A DNA stretch of 62,406 nucleotides from Bacteroidales bacterium (GCA_045627805.1 JAZQOJ010000178.1:1-62406); one strand, 5' to 3'. Positions 35,148 to 44,042 are shown, counted from the first letter of the stretch. Notes: a model not told the origin generated them from the sequence alone. Program-made: numbers and translations.

Positions 35148-37546
35148 GTGATTTGCGACTCAGCAAAAACATGAAATACACGGCTCTTTATTGGTCAATG
35201 CGATTCACCGAACGTGAACCTGACGTATTCATCAAGCAATATGAAAACGGTATCGCATTGACCATCAAGGCCAATGAACAAAAGGTTTACTACCAAAATA
35301 GTCCGATTCTGAATCTGGATACCCACGAGAGTTTTGTCGTTCTAGAACTAATAAACCGATTATTCCAACTCGGTTATACTTTTGAAGATGTTCAATTCTC
35401 TGAAAATCAGGTACTTTTCAAAAATTTTCGGATAAATTGTTTCGTATGGGATGAGGAAATGCCTTATCCGACAGAAAACGACACGGTTTATTATAAATCA
35501 CGCCTTGTCAGCGGCGTTTTGGAGTATGTCTCTAAAATAAGAATGAACGACAAATGCTACGACTATGGCCTATTCGGAGAAACAGACGGCTTGACATCAA
35601 AGGAAAAGAAAGATTTTTGTTCGGCTGACTTCATATATGATGAAAACCGTCTGATGAAGTACTGCGGAAAAGAGAAAATTGTTGTGGTTCCTGATGGAAC
35701 GGAAGAGATTGAGTCTTGTGCCTTTTGGGATAATCAATATATTGAAGAGGTGAAAATTCCGGATTCTGTCACAAATTTTGGAGGCGATACTTTTTATAAT
35801 TGTAAAAATTTGAAAAAGGTCAACATTCCTTCCAATGTGAAGGTGATGGGCAACAATCCTTTCGCCGGTTGTCCGGAAGTCAAAATTGAAAATCAATCGC
35901 CGTTCTTTCTTTATGAAAATGGAATTCTTTACAACAAAGGAAGAGACCAGGTTATCTATTGTTCCATTATCGGTGAGGAAAAAAGTTTGGAAATCCCTGA
36001 AGGTGTGAAGATCATCGGCAAACATGCTTTCTATTTGTGCGATCGATTTGAAAAAATCGTTCTCCCTTCTTCCATTGAAAAAATGGAAAACAATCCTTTT
36101 TCGGGTTGCTCAAAATTGGAACTGTTGTCAAAGTCAAAAGCGTACCGAATCCAAGATGATGTGATTTATAATGGCTTTATGACTTCAGTAACAGGCTGTC
36201 TGAACAGAATAAAATCTGAAAATCTTGTAATACCGGAAGGCATCAAAACTATCAACAGAAATTCCTTTTGGAATTGTAAGGGGATTAAAAAGATAACTTT
36301 GCCGGAATCCCTGGAAGATATCGGTTACAATCCTTTCGTATCTTGCTCAAACATCCATTTTGAAAGCAAATCCAAACATTTCAACGTAATTGATGATGTA
36401 TTGTACAATGAAGATTGTTCTAAAATAATTTGTTACCCAGCTTGGAAAGCGGTCGGCAAGGTGAAATTGAAGGATAGCGTGATAACATTGGAAAGGGGCG
36501 CTTTTTCCGATTGTAATAAGATGACAGAAATAGACCTCCTTAATGTGAACACCATCAGCAAATCCTGTTTTACAAACTGCACTTCATTGCAAAAAATCCA
36601 TTGTTCTGATCTGGTTACATACATCGGAGAATGGGCTTTTGCCTATTGCAGCAGCCTTCAATCCATATCTGTCAATAAAAAAACGACCATCGATAATAAT
36701 GCATTTTCAAATACAGATGTGGATGTGATCAAAAGAGGGAAACTGGAGAATTACCTGATTGAGTCAGACAACACTTATACGCTAAGCTCAATGTCAAAAT
36801 TCTATAAAGGCAAAATCGATTCCATTTTGATTGATCCACCTTATAATTCTAAAATCGACTACATCGGTTATAAAGATGATCAGTTTGCAAATGGGTATGG
36901 GGAATTTATGAAAGAACGTTTGGTAAAAGCGTATGAATTGTTGACGGAAAAGGGGTTCTTGATTATAAATATAGATGAAGGTGAAGTAGAAAATCTCACA
37001 CGATTATGCAGGAATATCTTTGGCAAAAAGCTGGTTTCTGTACACGGTTGGAAGAAAAAACATCCGTTGTTTGATCAAAACAGGGTCATTTTGAACCCAA
37101 ACAAGGTACAGACAGATTACGAGTTCATCATTGTGTGCCGAAAATCTGAGCATTCAAAACTGGGGAAAGTGTCTCAGCCATATTATGCCAATGGGGTATG
37201 GAAGGAAAAAATGGTGGATTTCCCTCAAAATTTTGATTGTTTTGGAACAACATCTTCTGCCAAAGATGAAATAGAAGAGATTTTTGGAGATAGAACCTAT
37301 TTCTCAACACCAAAACCTGTGAAATTAATCAAGGAATTTGTTCGCGCGACAACGGACAAGGAATCTTTGGTGCTGGATTTTTTTGCAGGTAGTGGTACGT
37401 TAGCGCACGCAGTAGCCGAAATGAACATAGAAGATGGTGGAAACCGTGTTTTCATTCTGGTTAATAATCATGAAAATGATGTGTGCGATAATGTGATTAA
37501 AAAGAGACTTGATTATTTGAATGTGAAATATTCTCAATTGGGTTGA
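35123..37546 (+). CDS. Fusion protein: degenerate restriction-nuclease-like N-terminus, BspA-type leucine-rich repeats and beta-class N6A/N4C methyltransferase
   Basis: LRR_5-type repeats (IPEGVKIIGKHAFYLC, LPESLEDIGYNPFVSC). MTase motifs NYLIESDN, IDPPYN (DPPY 36833-36844), FSTPKP and VLDFFAGSGT in beta order. The start could be 35135 or 35171. Confidence 0.85.
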   Translation: MEYDMRGISDLRLSKNMKYTALYWSMRFTEREPDVFIKQYENGIALTIKANEQKVYYQNSPILNLDTHESFVVLELINRLFQLGYTFEDVQFSENQVLFKNFRINCFVWDEEMPYPTENDTVYYKSRLVSGVLEYVSKIRMNDKCYDYGLFGETDGLTSKEKKDFCSADFIYDENRLMKYCGKEKIVVVPDGTEEIESCAFWDNQYIEEVKIPDSVTNFGGDTFYNCKNLKKVNIPSNVKVMGNNPFAGCPEVKIENQSPFFLYENGILYNKGRDQVIYCSIIGEEKSLEIPEGVKIIGKHAFYLCDRFEKIVLPSSIEKMENNPFSGCSKLELLSKSKAYRIQDDVIYNGFMTSVTGCLNRIKSENLVIPEGIKTINRNSFWNCKGIKKITLPESLEDIGYNPFVSCSNIHFESKSKHFNVIDDVLYNEDCSKIICYPAWKAVGKVKLKDSVITLERGAFSDCNKMTEIDLLNVNTISKSCFTNCTSLQKIHCSDLVTYIGEWAFAYCSSLQSISVNKKTTIDNNAFSNTDVDVIKRGKLENYLIESDNTYTLSSMSKFYKGKIDSILIDPPYNSKIDYIGYKDDQFANGYGEFMKERLVKAYELLTEKGFLIINIDEGEVENLTRLCRNIFGKKLVSVHGWKKKHPLFDQNRVILNPNKVQTDYEFIIVCRKSEHSKLGKVSQPYYANGVWKEKMVDFPQNFDCFGTTSSAKDEIEEIFGDRTYFSTPKPVKLIKEFVRATTDKESLVLDFFAGSGTLAHAVAEMNIEDGGNRVFILVNNHENDVCDNVIKKRLDYLNVKYSQLG

Positions 37547-37629
37547 ATTAAAAAATGCATCCTATCAATAGTGGCGAATAATATATCATCATTTTTTGGA
37601 CAAACTGTGTTTTGTTGCTGAATTAATAG

Positions 37630-37637
37630 TAATTTTG
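37630..37637 (+). promoter_or_regulatory. -7 element upstream of the 5'-nucleotidase
   Basis: TAATTTTG, with TTTG about 16 bp upstream. Confidence 0.5.
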
Positions 37638-37671
37638 CCGCACTGATTTTGAAAATTAAATATCATACAAT

Positions 37672-39318
37672 ATGTTGTTAATTAAAAGATTACGAGTATT
37701 ATTTGTCTTTGCATTTTCATTATTGTGGGGAGTAGTCCTTCTGGGGCAAACTCCGGCGGCATTGTCTAATATCACGAAACAGGATATTGTGATATTGTTC
37801 GATAATGATGTTCATTGTGCGATTGATGGCTATGCGAAAATGGCATCGCTGCGCGACGAGGTCAAGAAAAAGACTTCTCGCGTGCTGGTGGTTTCAAGCG
37901 GTGATTTCGCTTCGGGCAAGTCGTTAGGGTCTGCATCGAAAGGCGAATACCTTGTGCGAGCGATGAATATGGTGGGATACGATTATGTGACACTGGGCAA
38001 TCACGAGTTCGATTTTGGTATTCCTCAGATGAAAACTTTCCTCTCTAATCTAAAATCTAAAGTGTTGTGCTGTAACTTTTTAAACGTATCGGATAACAAG
38101 AGCGTGTATGATGGATTTGAAATCCGAGATTTTGCAGGAACGAAGGTGGCGTTGATTGGTGTGGCCACTCCCGCCACCATCAGTGCGGGCACCCCGTCGA
38201 ATTTCCAAAATGAAAACGGTGAATTCATTTATACGTTCTGTATGAGCAATCTCGCTCAGATTGTGCAAGAAACCGTCAACGAGGCGCGTCGCCAAGGTGC
38301 TCAGTATGTGGTTCTGCTTTCCCATTTGGGAACGGTTCCTCCAGGTGTGACTTCCGATCAATTGATTGCGCAAACCACAGGCATTGACGTGGTTCTAGAT
38401 GGACATTCCCATAGCGTGATTCCGGAGCAGAAAGTGAACAACCGTAATGGAGAATCTGTGATTCTGACTTCAACTGGAACTGAATTCGCAAATATTGGGG
38501 CTTTGCTTATCCATTCAGGTAAAATGAGTACCTGTTTGATTCCTACAAGTGAATATGCGGCCGTGAATCAGAAAGTGGCAGCCGAAATTGCAAAGATTAA
38601 GGAAGAGTATGCCGTGATTGGCAATCGTGTGATAGGTAGTAGCGATGTGAAGTTGACGATTAACGACGATACTGATAGAATTCGTATTGCCCGCCGTCGG
38701 GAATGTAATCTTGGCGATTTTGTTTCGGATGCGTTTCGCATTATGATGGATGCGGAAATTGGTTGGGGAAATGGCGGTGGATGTCGTGCGAGCATTCCTG
38801 CTGGTGATTTGACTTTTAATGCGATATTTTCAGCATTCCCTTTTGAAAATCAAGTGTATGTGGTGGACGTGCCAGGACAGGATATTTTGGACGCACTGGA
38901 AATGTCGGCGCACGCCACTCCTCAGGAGTTTGGCGGATTCGCTCAGGTTTCGGGACTAACGTATCAAATTGATACTACCATCGCCTCCTCTGTGGTGAAG
39001 GATTCAAATGATGTTTTTGTGAAAGTGGCAGGAAAACGTAGGGTGAGCGATGTTCGCGTTTACAACCCAACGAAAGGAAAATATCAGAAACTTTCTCCCA
39101 GAAAGCATTACCAAATGGCAACAACCAGTTTCATTCTGATGAAGGGCGGAGATGGCTTGCGTTTCCCTCATTATCAAGTAATTCGGGAATATCCTAATCT
39201 CGATGTGGATTTGATTGAAGATTACATTCGTCACACTTTAAACGGGCATATTGATGCGCAATATGCGAAGCCGCAGGAGAGAGTGGTGTTTAAAAGCAAA
39301 GGGAAGAAAGGTAGATAG
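37672..39318 (+). CDS. Exported bifunctional metallophosphatase / 5'-nucleotidase (UshA/CpdB family)
   Basis: Signal peptide; NDVH, SGD, LGNHEFD, LSHLG and DGHSH; C-terminal domain NGGGCRA...PFEN...QVSGL...GGDG. Confidence 0.9.
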   Translation: MLLIKRLRVLFVFAFSLLWGVVLLGQTPAALSNITKQDIVILFDNDVHCAIDGYAKMASLRDEVKKKTSRVLVVSSGDFASGKSLGSASKGEYLVRAMNMVGYDYVTLGNHEFDFGIPQMKTFLSNLKSKVLCCNFLNVSDNKSVYDGFEIRDFAGTKVALIGVATPATISAGTPSNFQNENGEFIYTFCMSNLAQIVQETVNEARRQGAQYVVLLSHLGTVPPGVTSDQLIAQTTGIDVVLDGHSHSVIPEQKVNNRNGESVILTSTGTEFANIGALLIHSGKMSTCLIPTSEYAAVNQKVAAEIAKIKEEYAVIGNRVIGSSDVKLTINDDTDRIRIARRRECNLGDFVSDAFRIMMDAEIGWGNGGGCRASIPAGDLTFNAIFSAFPFENQVYVVDVPGQDILDALEMSAHATPQEFGGFAQVSGLTYQIDTTIASSVVKDSNDVFVKVAGKRRVSDVRVYNPTKGKYQKLSPRKHYQMATTSFILMKGGDGLRFPHYQVIREYPNLDVDLIEDYIRHTLNGHIDAQYAKPQERVVFKSKGKKGR

Positions 39319-39333
39319 GGAAGAATCGCTGAA

Positions 39334-39843
39334 CTACTCTTCGGGACGCAGTGCTGAGCGCATCTGAGTGTAATATAGCCAGATGAACAGAATGGTCCAG
39401 CAAATGCCCCCGATCCCCATTTGTAACGGCGCACCTACGAGGAAATTTAAACAGCTGAATCCTAATAGTTGGGCAATTATGTAAAAATGAAATCCTAACT
39501 TGTTCATTTTAAGCATAAAAGCAGCGCCAACGACGGCTAAAACATAGGTAAGTGCGGTAAGAATGAATTTCCAATCGGGCACAAGTGCGATGGCATCGTA
39601 AATTGGTGCATTTTGTTCATAAATGCTTTCCCACCCCAATTGCTCGTAATAACTTTGCAGTGTGGGGAACATATTCTTGGTAAACGGCATTGTGAAGTAT
39701 GTCAGTGCGTTACATCCGGAACCGATGAATGTGAGGATACATAATACGGTTAGGAGCGGGGTGCGTTCGGGCTGTTGTCTGACTTCATTCTGCCAGCCGT
39801 TATTGTTTTCGGAATTCTCGTAATTGTTTTCAAATTCTTCCAT
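39334..39843 (-). CDS. Hypothetical membrane protein
   Basis: Likely start MEEFENN at 39843; LTVLCILTFIGSG and about four TM segments. Overlaps the tilS 3' end. Confidence 0.65.
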   Translation of the reverse strand: MEEFENNYENSENNNGWQNEVRQQPERTPLLTVLCILTFIGSGCNALTYFTMPFTKNMFPTLQSYYEQLGWESIYEQNAPIYDAIALVPDWKFILTALTYVLAVVGAAFMLKMNKLGFHFYIIAQLLGFSCLNFLVGAPLQMGIGGICWTILFIWLYYTQMRSALRPEE

Positions 39844-41179
39844 TGTATTCAATTTTATAATAATGCTTGGTGTTTTCATCAATGCAGAAACGCGCGTCGG
39901 TGCGCCTTCCGACAATCCATACGATTTGTCCTCTCGAAAGAAGCAGTTGCACTTGCTGTTTGGCGTAACAGTCTATTTTTTGATTAATGAAAAAATCGCT
40001 GAGCTTCTTTTTACCTTTCATACCGAAAGGAATGAACCAATCTCCTCGCTGCCAATTCCGAATTTCTACGGGGAAGGTCATCTTGTCGGCATCTACAAAT
40101 AGTGTGTTGGCATTGGCCGATTGAATCTCCTTCATTAAAGTTTCCAATGCGGCTGTACTTCCCGCTGCGATTTCTTTGTGTTCTACTGAAAAATCCTGTT
40201 CGCTCAACTCCGCGATGCAACTGCAAACGCATTGCTTCGCATCATTATCGGAATTTCGCTTGATGATGAGAGAATTTCTGTCTTTTAATAATTTATGAGT
40301 AGGCGAATAGAAGATTTTTCCAGATTCATTTTGCAAATTATTGTGAATGGATTTCACCACCGCCCCCTCAAACTGATAGGGTTGGAGAAGTTCGTACAGC
40401 ACTAATTCCGGCTCTGGAGTCTTGCTTAGTTTTTCAATGTCAATGTAGAGTGTATCGTTTTCAAAATGCGTAATCTCTGCAGAAATTTGGCGCATTTGAC
40501 ACGCAAAGAAATTTTTTAACTGATTGAATATCTGAATATTTTGCGAAAATGTAGCAATTAAGTCGGGATTGATCTCTTTTAATTTCGGAATGACGGCGAG
40601 ACGGATTTTGTTTCGTTGGAATTGTTCAGATAGATTGGATTGATCGACTTGGAATGGAATGTGATGTGCTTGAGCATACTGTAGAATTTCATCGGAGGAG
40701 AAGGGGAGCAGCGGACGAATGATTTTGCCATTTTTTTCTGGAATGGCTGCGAGCCCTCTGAGGCCTGTCCCCCTTGAGAGGTTGAGCAGTAGTGTTTCCG
40801 CATTGTCGTCGGCGTGGTGCGCGGTGACGACATAATCATAGTGGTGCGAAAGTTCGCAAAACCAGTCGTAGCGGAGTCGTCGTGCAATCATTTCAATTGA
40901 CTCTCCAGAATTTTTTTGTGAGGAATAGGTATCGAATTCCTTTATAAACAGTTTCTTGCCTAAATTATTGGCTAAAATTTGCACAAAGTGCATATCGTCG
41001 TTTGACGCTTCACCACGAAGGTGAAAGTTGCAATGCGCTAAATCGAAATGCAAGCCGCAGTCAGCGAAAAGGTGCGCCAGTACGGTAGAATCCTTCCCTC
41101 CGCTAATGGCCAGTAAGAAGGTCGCATTTTCGCAGTCGGGCGCGATTTTTTGCAAATTACTGAAAAAACGGCTTTGCAT
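39830..41179 (-). CDS. tilS: tRNA(Ile)-lysidine synthetase
   Basis: PP-loop SGGKDS, HCNFHLRG, AR.LRY, TAHHADDNAET, RPLL, RNKIR and C-terminal KKKLSDFF. Confidence 0.95.
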   Translation of the reverse strand: MQSRFFSNLQKIAPDCENATFLLAISGGKDSTVLAHLFADCGLHFDLAHCNFHLRGEASNDDMHFVQILANNLGKKLFIKEFDTYSSQKNSGESIEMIARRLRYDWFCELSHHYDYVVTAHHADDNAETLLLNLSRGTGLRGLAAIPEKNGKIIRPLLPFSSDEILQYAQAHHIPFQVDQSNLSEQFQRNKIRLAVIPKLKEINPDLIATFSQNIQIFNQLKNFFACQMRQISAEITHFENDTLYIDIEKLSKTPEPELVLYELLQPYQFEGAVVKSIHNNLQNESGKIFYSPTHKLLKDRNSLIIKRNSDNDAKQCVCSCIAELSEQDFSVEHKEIAAGSTAALETLMKEIQSANANTLFVDADKMTFPVEIRNWQRGDWFIPFGMKGKKKLSDFFINQKIDCYAKQQVQLLLSRGQIVWIVGRRTDARFCIDENTKHYYKIEYNGRI

Positions 41180-41202
41180 ATTATTGATTTACGGCACGAT
41201 GA

Positions 41203-41493
41203 CTATTCCTTGCGGCCGATCCCCATTTCTTTGCGATTTTTGCCGATGTAAAGGAAATAGAGGAATAGGTCGAAACTGACAATGAGCATATTGAAGGCGT
41301 AAAGCCAAGTCACCCAGTCGAAATTGTGAGTCACTTTGTGGATGATTCCCATTACATAACCGAAAATGATAATGCCCATAAAAACGGGGCTTTTCCCAAT
41401 TACAATCTTGGTTCTCAATGATTTAACGATAGAAAAAGGCCAGCTGCAAGCGAAACTGAGCAGCATCAGAATTTCCCAAATGCTAAAGTTCAT
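41203..41493 (-). CDS. Small 3-TM membrane protein (PQ-loop/SemiSWEET-like)
   Basis: EILML.SF..SWP.SI.KS....GKS..F; three hydrophobic helices. Confidence 0.6.
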   Translation of the reverse strand: MNFSIWEILMLLSFACSWPFSIVKSLRTKIVIGKSPVFMGIIIFGYVMGIIHKVTHNFDWVTWLYAFNMLIVSFDLFLYFLYIGKNRKEMGIGRKE

Positions 41494-41696
41494 AATGGTA
41501 GGTTTTTGACTTGCAAAAATACTATTTTTTTGTCGTTTTTTCTTTGTGTTTTCAGTGGTTAATTTCTGAATTGTCGCGCATTGGTAGTGAGGCCTTCAAA
41601 CGATTATCTAAAAAAAAGTAAAAATATCCATTATTACAAAAATATGTAGTATTTTTGCACGTTGATTATAATTGACTTAAAATAAATTATCAAGCA

Positions 41697-42785
41697 ATGA
41701 AAAAATTAGTTTTATCATTAATGATGATTGTGGCTATGGTGGTCGCTATGGCCCAACCGAAAATCGAATTTGAAAAGAAGACGCACGAGTTTGGCGATGT
41801 GCACGAGGAAGGTGGCAAGATTACCGCTCGTTTTACCTTTAAGAATGTGGGTGATAGCGCACTGATTCTGACCAAGGTAAAACCTGGTTGCGGTTGTACT
41901 GCAGCTAATTACACTCGTGAAGCCATCGCTCCTGGCGCAACCGGCTATATTGATGCTACCTATGATCCGTGGGGTCGTCCCGGTGCATTCAACAAGAACA
42001 TCAAAGTGAATACCAATGAGCCGAATCAGACTGCTCCTTACATCATTTTCATCAAAGGTAATGTGATCAAACGCCCCCCCACAAAATATGAGTTGGCTGG
42101 TTACAACCAAGGCAAGGGCGAAGTCCGCATCAAGGACGCCAATGTGAAAGTGAACGTGTTGAACACCCAGACTCATTTAGACACCCTGACCATTAGAAAT
42201 TTCTATGAAAACGGTCGCGCTGTTGAGGTTACTACCGAGCTTCCCAGCTACATTCAGGAAGTTTCCCGTACTTTTGGCCAAAGTTTGAAGGCGGGCGAAG
42301 AAGGTCAGTTGGTGCTCAAATATGATGGCGCTGCTCGTAACGGCTGGGGCACGCTGAAAGATCGTGCGGTTATCATCACGAACGATACTTTGGAACAGCG
42401 CAAATATATTTATTACACTGTTAATCTGAAGGAGGACTTTTCCAAAATGAGCCAAAAAGAATTGGAAAAGGCACCCAAAGTAGCATACGACAAGGTGATT
42501 TACAATTTTGATACCATTGCACAGAATACTTCTGCTACTGAGACTATTAAGATTACCAACAGTGGCAAGACCCCGTTGATTATTCGCAAAGTTGATACCA
42601 GTATGCCTGCGTTGACTTACAAAATGTCAACAATGACGATTGAACCCAACCAAAGCGCCGAACTGACGGTAACGTTCAAAGCTCAAAGCCGCCGTGGCAA
42701 GCAAAATTGCAGTCTCGAAGTCATTACCAACGCACCCAACAATCCGGTACAAGTGATTCGCGTTGAAGGTTTTGTGCAAAAATAA
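41697..42785 (+). CDS. DUF1573 domain-containing exported protein
   Basis: Signal peptide; HEFG.V....F.FKNVG...L....V.PGCGCT motif; repeated Ig-like domains. A -7 element TATTTTTG lies at 41650. Confidence 0.85.
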   Translation: MKKLVLSLMMIVAMVVAMAQPKIEFEKKTHEFGDVHEEGGKITARFTFKNVGDSALILTKVKPGCGCTAANYTREAIAPGATGYIDATYDPWGRPGAFNKNIKVNTNEPNQTAPYIIFIKGNVIKRPPTKYELAGYNQGKGEVRIKDANVKVNVLNTQTHLDTLTIRNFYENGRAVEVTTELPSYIQEVSRTFGQSLKAGEEGQLVLKYDGAARNGWGTLKDRAVIITNDTLEQRKYIYYTVNLKEDFSKMSQKELEKAPKVAYDKVIYNFDTIAQNTSATETIKITNSGKTPLIIRKVDTSMPALTYKMSTMTIEPNQSAELTVTFKAQSRRGKQNCSLEVITNAPNNPVQVIRVEGFVQK

Positions 42786-42800
42786 TGTTTGACCTTACAT

Positions 42801-42835
42801 AAAAAAGAGCTCGCAACGCTGCGAGCTCTTTTTTT
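42801..42835. terminator. Bidirectional intrinsic terminator
   Basis: aaaaaagagctcgca-acgc-tgcgagctctttttt between convergent genes. Confidence 0.9.
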
Positions 42836-42850
42836 ATGTGTTTCTCGTTT

Positions 42851-43519
42851 TTAGAAATGGAAACCGAGTTTGAAAGCGAGCATACCGGTTTTGATTTTGT
42901 GAGGAGTGATGTAGGTTTCATCGTAAGTGATTCCGTTGACTTTCACTCTTTGATTGCCCAACCAGTAGTAGTGAACGCCGATGCTGATGAGATCTACAAA
43001 GCAAACTCCAACGCCTGCTTCAGCAGCAAAAGCAGTGTTCATATCATATTTCAGGAGATTGTTGTTCCAACCTTCTGCGGTTTTGAAAAAGAGGTCAGCG
43101 CCCACACCAGCTTCGGCCCATACATCCACCACGTCGCTGAAGTCGGAGATGTAGCTCACACCCACGAAAATCGGTACGTTGACGTACATAGGTTTGGTGC
43201 AGGATACGTTGTCGTACATCGTGCGGATGTCTTTGTTGAGCGCATTCCACATCAGGTCGGCGGAAGCGAACACACCCAAGCCGATATCGAAGCGGTGGTT
43301 GTATTTGAAACCGAGGTTGGCTCCGAACATCGCAGCACCCGTGTTGCCCAAGTTGTTAGTGCCGGGGAGGCAGTATGCTGGGGAGGCACTGAAACTGTGC
43401 AAGGGGAGAAGACCGCCCAGCTGGATGGAGAAATCGTTTTCGCGTTTTTGTGCGGAAACATTCATTGTGCCGCCAATTACGAGAGCGGCCAATACGAAAA
43501 TTGAAATAATTTTTTTCAT
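42851..43519 (-). CDS. Outer-membrane beta-barrel protein
   Basis: Signal peptide, alternating amphipathic strands and a C-terminal Phe (FKLGFHF). Confidence 0.75.
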   Translation of the reverse strand: MKKIISIFVLAALVIGGTMNVSAQKRENDFSIQLGGLLPLHSFSASPAYCLPGTNNLGNTGAAMFGANLGFKYNHRFDIGLGVFASADLMWNALNKDIRTMYDNVSCTKPMYVNVPIFVGVSYISDFSDVVDVWAEAGVGADLFFKTAEGWNNNLLKYDMNTAFAAEAGVGVCFVDLISIGVHYYWLGNQRVKVNGITYDETYITPHKIKTGMLAFKLGFHF

Positions 43520-43540
43520 AATTCTTTGTTTAATTGTTAA

Positions 43541-44035
43541 TTATAGATGTGAATGAATTTGCGTGGCTAAATAGTTCAGGGAAGGGTAGGAGGATTCCAA
43601 TTTTTGCAGCGCCGTTTTCAGCGGTTCCCATCCCGTGAACTCAATGTCTTCTTCGGTTTGTGGTTTCAGATGCTGATCTGTAGTGGCCGTCATTCGGAAC
43701 CAGCGCGTTTCCTTTAGCATTTGGAGACCATTCATTTCATAGGTGTGCCAAACTGAAATAAACTGATTATCAATTATTTCTGCTTTAATACCAGTCTCTT
43801 CCCACACTTCGCGTAGGGCAGCTTGTTCGTCGAGTTCGCCGTTTTCTACTTTCCCTTTGGGAAGGTCCCATTTGCCTCGGCGGAAAATCATCAATACTTC
43901 GCCATTTTTGTTGATAACCCATCCTCCGGCCGCTCTGATGTAGGTGAATTTTTGAAGAATTTTTTCAAAATCAGATTGATTCTCAATAAGTTGATATTGA
44001 TTTTCGGTATAAATTCTGATGGGGAATGTGGGCAT
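43541..44035 (-). CDS. NUDIX hydrolase
   Basis: RAAGG, WDLPKGKVE..E...AALREVWEETG Nudix box. Likely start MPTFPI at 44035. Confidence 0.88.
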   Translation of the reverse strand: MPTFPIRIYTENQYQLIENQSDFEKILQKFTYIRAAGGWVINKNGEVLMIFRRGKWDLPKGKVENGELDEQAALREVWEETGIKAEIIDNQFISVWHTYEMNGLQMLKETRWFRMTATTDQHLKPQTEEDIEFTGWEPLKTALQKLESSYPSLNYLATQIHSHL

Positions 44036-44042
44036 AATGAAC

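Larger units (their letters stand above)
30532..37600. mobile_element. AT-rich accessory island downstream of comM (boundaries approximate; no integrase or transposase seen)
   Basis: Composition drops sharply: by hand count, 35/60 GC at 29761-29820 in comM versus 19/60 at 34021-34080. The cargo is non-core and host-type genes resume at 37672. Confidence 0.6.

Noticed and set aside
35123-37546. Ordinary type III restriction-modification system
   Set aside because: There is no Res helicase/nuclease gene, the TRD region is very short, and the MTase is fused to LRRs.
30702-37575. tatcaatggttgc (~30702) and tatcaatagtggc (~37563) as att-like direct repeats
   Set aside because: Only 11 of 13 bases match in AT-rich DNA and there is no recombinase, so this is compatible with chance.
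30532-37600. Island as a prophage remnant
   Set aside because: NrdD/G, the phosphoesterase and the kinase are phage-like, but no integrase, terminase, structural, lysis or replication genes are present and the ORFs look intact. A distant phage origin is not excluded.
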